Assembly (NCBI GenBank): GCA_041492755.1
Contig: JBGPXN010000070.1
Coordinates: 1 to 21,620 of the forward strand
Origin: Candidatus Methylomirabilia bacterium
GTDB lineage: Bacteria > Methylomirabilota > Methylomirabilia > Rokubacteriales > CSP1-6
Direction of reading: 5' to 3'
DNA: 21,620 bases
In this document: positions 16,861 to 21,620 of the stretch, in pieces
How positions within the stretch are numbered: the first letter of the stretch is position 1
Layout of the letters: each line of letters begins with the position of its first letter
Program-made: the position numbers and the translations under genes
Notes under the pieces: model-generated
Databases searched by the model: none
What the model was told of the DNA's origin: nothing
The model's input: only the letters and a program-made list of their open reading frames with translations

Positions 16861-19800
16861 TCATGCCTTCGAGCCACCGAGCTCGTCGAGCAGGGCGTGC
16901 GCCGCGCGGAGGTCGGCGGTCTGGAAGCCTTCGGTGAACCAGTTGTAGATGTCCGCCAGCAGCCGCCGGCCCTCGTCGCGCCGGCCCTGCGCGTCGAGGA
17001 GCCGCGCGAGGCTCGTGGTCGCCCGTAGCTCGAGCGACCGCTCCGAACGCCGCCGCGCGATCGCGATCGCCTCGCGGAGACACCGCTCCCCTTCGTCCTG
17101 CTCGCCTCGACGCAGGAGGACCTCGCCGCGGATTCTTCGGATCTCCGGCGCGAAGACGACGTCGCGGAGCTCGACGGGGATACTGTCCAGCGCTCCCAGC
17201 GCCCGTTCCGCATCGCCGATCGCGGCGACGGCGTCGGCGAGGACAATCCGGCTCATCAGCCGGCGACCGGCGGTGCTCGTGATCGGCTCGGCTATGAGCC
17301 GCTCGTACAGCTCCTCGATGCCGCCTGCGGTGCCGCCCCGCACGCCGGCGCAGACGAGCATCGTGGCGCAGTCTTCGATCCAGGCCGCGAAGCCGTGCGC
17401 TTCCGCGATCGTCTGCATTCGCCGGGCGTGCTCCTGGGCGGCCTCCCATTCGCCGAGCTGATACCTCAGAAATGCGGCGAACCCCAGCGTGTGCATCAGC
17501 GTCTGGGCGTGCGCGAGCGTCTCCGCGAGGCCGAGGGCGTCGCCGAGCCCGGCGACGGCGCGATCGGGATACCCGAGAAACCACTGCGCGCGCGCGAGTT
17601 GGTAACGGCAGCAGACGCCGGCGTCGTGGCCGCCATAGCGGAAAGCCTGCGACGCGTGCTGCCGGGGATCGTAGAGCGCGATGCCTTGCTCGAAATGCGG
17701 CAAGGCGGCGAGCGGCTCACCCATGGAGGTGAGCGTCGGCCACAACGAGTGGTGCGCCTCCAGCAGCCGTCCGGTGTCGTTCCCGCGCTCCGCGATCACG
17801 AGGAGCTGCTCACCCAGCTCGCGCGCCACCGCATAACGCCCGCGACCGAAGTTGACGAACCACAGCCCCCACAGAGCCTGGTAGAGGCGTATCGGGTCGC
17901 CAAGACGCTCCGCCAGCTCGCGCGCGCGGAGATAGGAGGCCTCGGCCTCGGGGGCGCCGGTCCCCTTGATCGCGGTGACCATCGTGCCCAGCCCGAGGTG
18001 CACGTCGGCGGCCTCGGCGGCCGTTTCCGCCGTGTCGGAAAGCTCGCGGAGCACCAGGATGGCCTGCTCGAAGAACGTGACCGCCTCACGATTCGCGGAA
18101 CGCGCTGCCGCCCGGTCCCCGGCCTGGTGGAGGTATCGGGCCGCCTTGTCGTGCCGCTGGCCGCGGAGTGCGTGATGCGCGAGCCGCTCGACGTGCTGGT
18201 CGAGACGGTCCGCGTGCAGTCGCTCGATGGCGTCGACGAGCGCCCCGTGGAGGGCGCGCCGGCGCTCGCCGAGAAGGCTGCCGTACGCGACCTCGTGCGT
18301 CAGCGCGTGCTTGAACGTGTACTCGAGGTCCGGGAACAGACGCGCCTCGTACAGAAACTCCGCGCCCTGGAGTCGACCGAGCCCCTGGCGCAGCCCGTCC
18401 TCGTCGAGGCCGGCGATCGCGAGCAGCAGGCCGAACGGGATGTCCTTGCCCACGACGGCCGCCGCCTGGAGGAGGCGTTTGTCGTCGGCCACCAACCGGT
18501 CGATCCGCGCGGCGAGGATGGCCTGGACCGTCGGCGGCACGCTGACGGCGTCGAGCGACCCCGCGACGCGGTAAGCGCCGCGACTGCCAGCAAGCACGCC
18601 GCCCTCGACGAGCGCCCGGACGCTTTCCTCGAGGAAGAGCGGGTTGCCCTCCGTCCGATCGATCAGGAGCCGCTTGAGGGGCGTGAGACCCGGGTCGCCG
18701 CCGAGCAGCGCATCGAGGAGACTCTCGGCGCTCTCCGGCAGGAGGGGGTCGATGCGGAGCTGGCGATAATACGTCTTGCCCCCCCAGCCGTGCTGGTACT
18801 CGGGGCGGTAGTTGACCGCCAGCAGGATCGGCGCGGCGGGCAGGCTCTCGACGAGGCGGTCGAGAAACGCCTGGGTCTCGGAGTCGATCCAGTGGAGGTC
18901 CTCGCAGACGAGCAAGAGCGGCTGCACGCGGCTCTCCCGGAGCAGGACGGCCCTGGCGGCGGCGAGCGTCCGGAGCCGCCGCTCCGTCGGATCGAGGGTG
19001 AGGAGCGGGCTGTCTTCGCCGAGCGCGTCGAGCAGCCACAGGATGGGCGGAATCGCGTCCTTGAGCCCTTCGTCGAGCGTCAGCAGAGTGCCGGTCACCT
19101 TGGCGCGGGTGGTGCGGACGTCGTCGGTCCGGTCGATGCGGAAGTAGGCGCGGAGGAGATCGCCCAGGGGCAGGTACGGCGTCGCCTTCCCGTACGAGAC
19201 CGAGCCGCTCTCGATCGTGAGCCACCCGTGCGTGTGATGGGAGTGGATGAACTCGTAGAACAACCGCGACTTGCCGACGCCCGGCTCGCCGACGACCGCG
19301 ACGACCTGCCCGCGGCCGAGACGCGCTTCCTCGGCCGCCCGCTTCAGCTCACCCATCTCCACGTCCCGGCCGACGAAGCGCGTGAGGCCGCGGAGGCGCG
19401 CGGCCTGGAGCCGGGTCCGGGCCGATCCCGCGCCCGACAGCTCGTAGACCTCGACGGGCGTCGCGAGTCCCTTCACCGGCACGGGACCGAGCGGTTTGAC
19501 TTCGACGTAGCCCTCGGCGAGCGCAAGCGTCTCCGCCGTGAGCCGGATCGTGCCCGGCGTGGCGAGCTGCTCCATTCGAGCGGCGAGGTGCGTCGTCTGG
19601 CCCACGGCCGTGTAGTCCATGCGCAGGTCGCTGCCGATCGATCGCACCACCACTTCACCGGAATTGAGGCCGACGCGGATCTGCACCTCGACGCCGTGGA
19701 CCCGGCGCAACTCTTCGGTGTAGCGCCGGATCGCGTCCTGCATGCGGAGCGCGGCCCAGCAGGCGCGGACGGCATGGTCCTCGTGCGCGAGCGGCGCGCC

Positions 19801-20244
19801 GAAGAGCGCCATGATGCCGTCGCCCATCACCTGGTTGACCGTGCCCTCGTAGTGGTGCACCGCGGCCATCATCCGCTCGAGCACCGGGTCGAGCAGGTGT
19901 CGCGCCTCCTCGGGATCCCGGTCGGCGAGAAGCTCCATCGAGCCCTTGAGGTCGGCGAAGAGCACCGTCACCTGCTTGCGCTCGCCCTCCATCGCCTCCC
20001 GGGAATCGAGAATGCGCTCGGCCAGGTGACGGGGCGTATAGGTGTCGGGCGTCGCCATGCGACGCGATGGCGCGCCGTCGACGGGACGGGCGCACTCGGG
20101 GCAGAACTTCGCGCCCGGTGGCTGCTGTGCGCCGCAGCCGGCGCAGGTGCGCAGCAGTGGGGTGGCGCATTCCACGCAGAACTTCGCCCGCGGCGGATTC
20201 TCGTGCTGGCACCGCGGACACTTGACGGCGCCGTTCGTGGCCAC
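16861..20244 (-). CDS. Double zinc ribbon + class III adenylate/guanylate cyclase + AAA ATPase + TPR protein
   Basis: CPRC..CVEC..CAGC..CPEC, then ERKQVTVLFADLKGS...MGDGIMALFGAP...RVGLNSGEV, Walker A GEPGVGKS, EDLHWID, EGNPLFLEE, FKHALTHEVAY, ending WFTEGFQTADL. GTG 20244 chosen as start because a -10 box lies just upstream. Confidence 0.93.
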   Translation of the reverse strand: MATNGAVKCPRCQHENPPRAKFCVECATPLLRTCAGCGAQQPPGAKFCPECARPVDGAPSRRMATPDTYTPRHLAERILDSREAMEGERKQVTVLFADLKGSMELLADRDPEEARHLLDPVLERMMAAVHHYEGTVNQVMGDGIMALFGAPLAHEDHAVRACWAALRMQDAIRRYTEELRRVHGVEVQIRVGLNSGEVVVRSIGSDLRMDYTAVGQTTHLAARMEQLATPGTIRLTAETLALAEGYVEVKPLGPVPVKGLATPVEVYELSGAGSARTRLQAARLRGLTRFVGRDVEMGELKRAAEEARLGRGQVVAVVGEPGVGKSRLFYEFIHSHHTHGWLTIESGSVSYGKATPYLPLGDLLRAYFRIDRTDDVRTTRAKVTGTLLTLDEGLKDAIPPILWLLDALGEDSPLLTLDPTERRLRTLAAARAVLLRESRVQPLLLVCEDLHWIDSETQAFLDRLVESLPAAPILLAVNYRPEYQHGWGGKTYYRQLRIDPLLPESAESLLDALLGGDPGLTPLKRLLIDRTEGNPLFLEESVRALVEGGVLAGSRGAYRVAGSLDAVSVPPTVQAILAARIDRLVADDKRLLQAAAVVGKDIPFGLLLAIAGLDEDGLRQGLGRLQGAEFLYEARLFPDLEYTFKHALTHEVAYGSLLGERRRALHGALVDAIERLHADRLDQHVERLAHHALRGQRHDKAARYLHQAGDRAAARSANREAVTFFEQAILVLRELSDTAETAAEAADVHLGLGTMVTAIKGTGAPEAEASYLRARELAERLGDPIRLYQALWGLWFVNFGRGRYAVARELGEQLLVIAERGNDTGRLLEAHHSLWPTLTSMGEPLAALPHFEQGIALYDPRQHASQAFRYGGHDAGVCCRYQLARAQWFLGYPDRAVAGLGDALGLAETLAHAQTLMHTLGFAAFLRYQLGEWEAAQEHARRMQTIAEAHGFAAWIEDCATMLVCAGVRGGTAGGIEELYERLIAEPITSTAGRRLMSRIVLADAVAAIGDAERALGALDSIPVELRDVVFAPEIRRIRGEVLLRRGEQDEGERCLREAIAIARRRSERSLELRATTSLARLLDAQGRRDEGRRLLADIYNWFTEGFQTADLRAAHALLDELGGSKA

Positions 20245-20250
20245 ACGCGG

Positions 20251-20256
20251 ATCATA
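20251..20256 (-). promoter_or_regulatory. Putative -10 box TATGAT, leaderless start
   Basis: TATGAT lies 6 nt before GTG 20244, with no RBS. Confidence 0.5.
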
Positions 20257-20371
20257 CGGGCCGCCGGCAGCGTGTGCCAGCCGGCCCATGCCGAAGGGTG
20301 GCGCGGGTCGTGCGCGATGATTCTTCGCTACGAGATCGGTCGGATCGACGACCTCAGGTCGCGATGCTCCC

Positions 20372-20745
20372 TCACACGCCGTTGACGACGTGCAACCGCT
20401 CGCCTCGCGCGAACGCTTCCACCGTGGCGACGGCGATGCGCGGCATGTTCGAGGCCGCCTCGCGCGTGGCCTCGGGCTTCATGCGCTCCAGCAACGCGCG
20501 CGAGATCAGGCCGTGCGACTCGGGCGTGTAGGCCAGGTGTAGCGTCACCACGTCGGCGGCGGCGAACAGGTCCTCCAGCGAGACCAGCGCGACGCCGTGG
20601 CGCGCGCGCTCCGCCGAAGCGCGCCGCGTCCAGCCGAGCAGCCGCATGCCCAGGCCCGCGCCCAGGCGCGCCATCTCCATCCCGATCGGACCCAGCCCGA
20701 CGTGTACGCGACCGCGATCCCCCGGCGCGTCGCCTCCGCGACGTC
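20372..20745 (-). pseudogene. D-2-hydroxyacid dehydrogenase remnant, 5'-truncated with two internal deletions
   Basis: Three normally non-adjacent blocks: DVAEATRRGIAVAYT | VGLGPIG...ADVVTLHL...LI...LERMKP | TREA...VEAFARGERLHVVN. The NTARG/DV/TPH catalytic region is absent. Confidence 0.87.
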
Positions 20746-20747
20746 GC

Positions 20748-20842
20748 GCCCCTTCTCGGACACGGGCGTCCCGACGCCGCCCCGGCCCCTCCACCTTCGC
20801 TTGTCGTACCCCTCCGGTTCACCACGCTGGCCTGCTATACAG
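20748..20842 (+). mobile_element. 113-bp junction element, copy 4 (left 17 bp missing)
   Basis: 95 bp, nearly identical to copy 3 from GCCCCTTCTCGG to CTATACAG; abuts the dehydrogenase remnant. Confidence 0.8.
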
Positions 20843-20959
20843 GAGAGCTTCGAGCGGCTGATCGCCCTTCAGCGTGGCGCCGGCGAGCTGCGGAGCGCCC
20901 ACGCCGCTTCGCCGAAGCCTTTGAGCTGTTCAACGCGGGACTGTAGACTTGAGCGCGTC

Positions 20960-21205
20960 ATGGCGATCCGCATCGCTCGACTCGGCGACCCCGGCTCGGC
21001 TGAGGCGCCGTTCAGTTTCAGGCAAGGTGCCCGCGTGGCGTGGAAGCGCTGGGACGGTAAGCCCGACGCCGAGTTCGCGGGAGTGATCGTTGACGGGATC
21101 TGTGAGTACGTCCCTGGCGGCGGCGCCTACCGCGATCGCTACGTGGTCCAGAGGCCGGACGGATTGCACTTCGGCGCAGGCGCGTTAGACCTCGTCGAGC
21201 TATAA
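20960..21205 (+). CDS. Hypothetical protein (81 aa)
   Basis: MAIRIARLGDPG...LDLVEL* has protein-like composition. TAGACT lies 10 nt upstream, and the stop is followed immediately by the hicB RBS. Confidence 0.6.
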   Translation: MAIRIARLGDPGSAEAPFSFRQGARVAWKRWDGKPDAEFAGVIVDGICEYVPGGGAYRDRYVVQRPDGLHFGAGALDLVEL

Positions 21206-21218
21206 GAGGAGGCTCGCT

Positions 21219-21446
21219 GTGGCTCGTGAGTATCGTGTGATCCTCGAAGCCGATCACGAAGCGGGTGGCTACGTCGTGTGGGTGCCTGCGCTTCCGGGTT
21301 GTGTCAGCGAAGGCGACAGCATAGAGGAAGCGTTGGGTAATATCCGTGAAGCGATCCAGTGCTACGTGGAGAGCGCGCTGAAGCACGGAGAAGCCGTGCC
21401 GAATGAATCGGACCTGACCGAGGCGACCGTCAGGGTGCCGGCGTGA
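21219..21446 (+). CDS. hicB: HicB-family antitoxin (short form, no DNA-binding domain)
   Basis: YRVILE...GGYVVWVPALPGCVSEGDSIEEALGNIREAI; RBS GAGGAGG at 21206-21212. Confidence 0.92.
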   Translation: MAREYRVILEADHEAGGYVVWVPALPGCVSEGDSIEEALGNIREAIQCYVESALKHGEAVPNESDLTEATVRVPA

Positions 21447-21620
21447 CGAAACTCCCCCGGGACGTCCCGGGGGACAGGCTGGTCCGCGCCCTTGCCCGCA
21501 TCGGTTGGTACCGCGATCATCAGGTAGGAAGTCACGCGACGCTGCGTCATCCTGAGAAGCCCGGGAAGAAGGTCGTCGTCCCGGTCCATCCTGGCAAGGC
21601 GCTAAAGCCCAAGACCCTCC
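21443..21620 (+). CDS. hicA: HicA-family mRNA interferase toxin (runs off the window)
   Basis: Hand translation MTKLPRDVPGDRLVRALARIGWYRDHQVGSHATLRHPEKPGKKVVVPVHPGKALKPKTL contains the GSH and VPVH motifs; GTGA overlap with hicB. Confidence 0.92.
   Translation, partial: MTKLPRDVPGDRLVRALARIGWYRDHQVGSHATLRHPEKPGKKVVVPVHPGKALKPKTL

Noticed and set aside
17395..20385. Long antisense or alternate-frame ORFs (996 aa here; also 8382-10406, 12081-13931, 4683-6218, 3907-5271)
   Set aside because: Shadow ORFs of GC-rich genes: Arg/Ala/Gly-rich, no motifs, and fully overlapping well-supported CDSs.
3362..20842. The repeat as a CRISPR array, integron attC site or group II intron remnant
   Set aside because: Copies are 113 bp and kilobases apart, with no cas genes. 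There are no RYYYAAC/GTTRRRY ends or full-length dyad, and no pairable domain V despite a GAACCG motif.
20840..20930. Possible gene fragment QESFERLIALQRGAGELR to the right of copy 4
   Set aside because: Protein-like but too short to assign a family without a database search.
20597..20959. N-terminal part of the 202-aa ORF 20597-21205
   Set aside because: It runs antisense to the dehydrogenase remnant and through the element; only the part from ATG 20960 looks like a gene.

Overview
GC-rich bacterial DNA. The gene families (ABC_sub_bind lipoproteins, zinc-ribbon cyclase-AAA-TPR, MalT/BTAD regulator) suggest a soil lineage such as Ca. Rokubacteria/Methylomirabilota; this is inference only. 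Intact genes are a DinB-like protein (partial at the window edge), an MFS transporter, an AbrB-type antitoxin, a 2586-aa teneurin-like PKD/NHL/YD/RHS protein, a MalT-like STAND-BTAD regulator, a NIPSNAP protein, a class III cyclase-AAA-TPR protein, a small hypothetical protein and hicBA. The most striking feature is a ~113-bp non-coding element present four times in the same orientation (3362, 15275, 16700, 20748), plus a 14-bp remnant of its left end at 791. Nearly every element end sits exactly at a gene breakpoint, and the two flanks of a copy come from unrelated genes. The window therefore reads as an array of DNA segments with broken ends, joined by one repeat. No transposase or recombinase is encoded here. 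About ten gene fragments and several internal deletions cluster around the repeats, and vapC is frameshifted by a 7-bp duplication. Mis-assembly through the repeat cannot be excluded from sequence alone.
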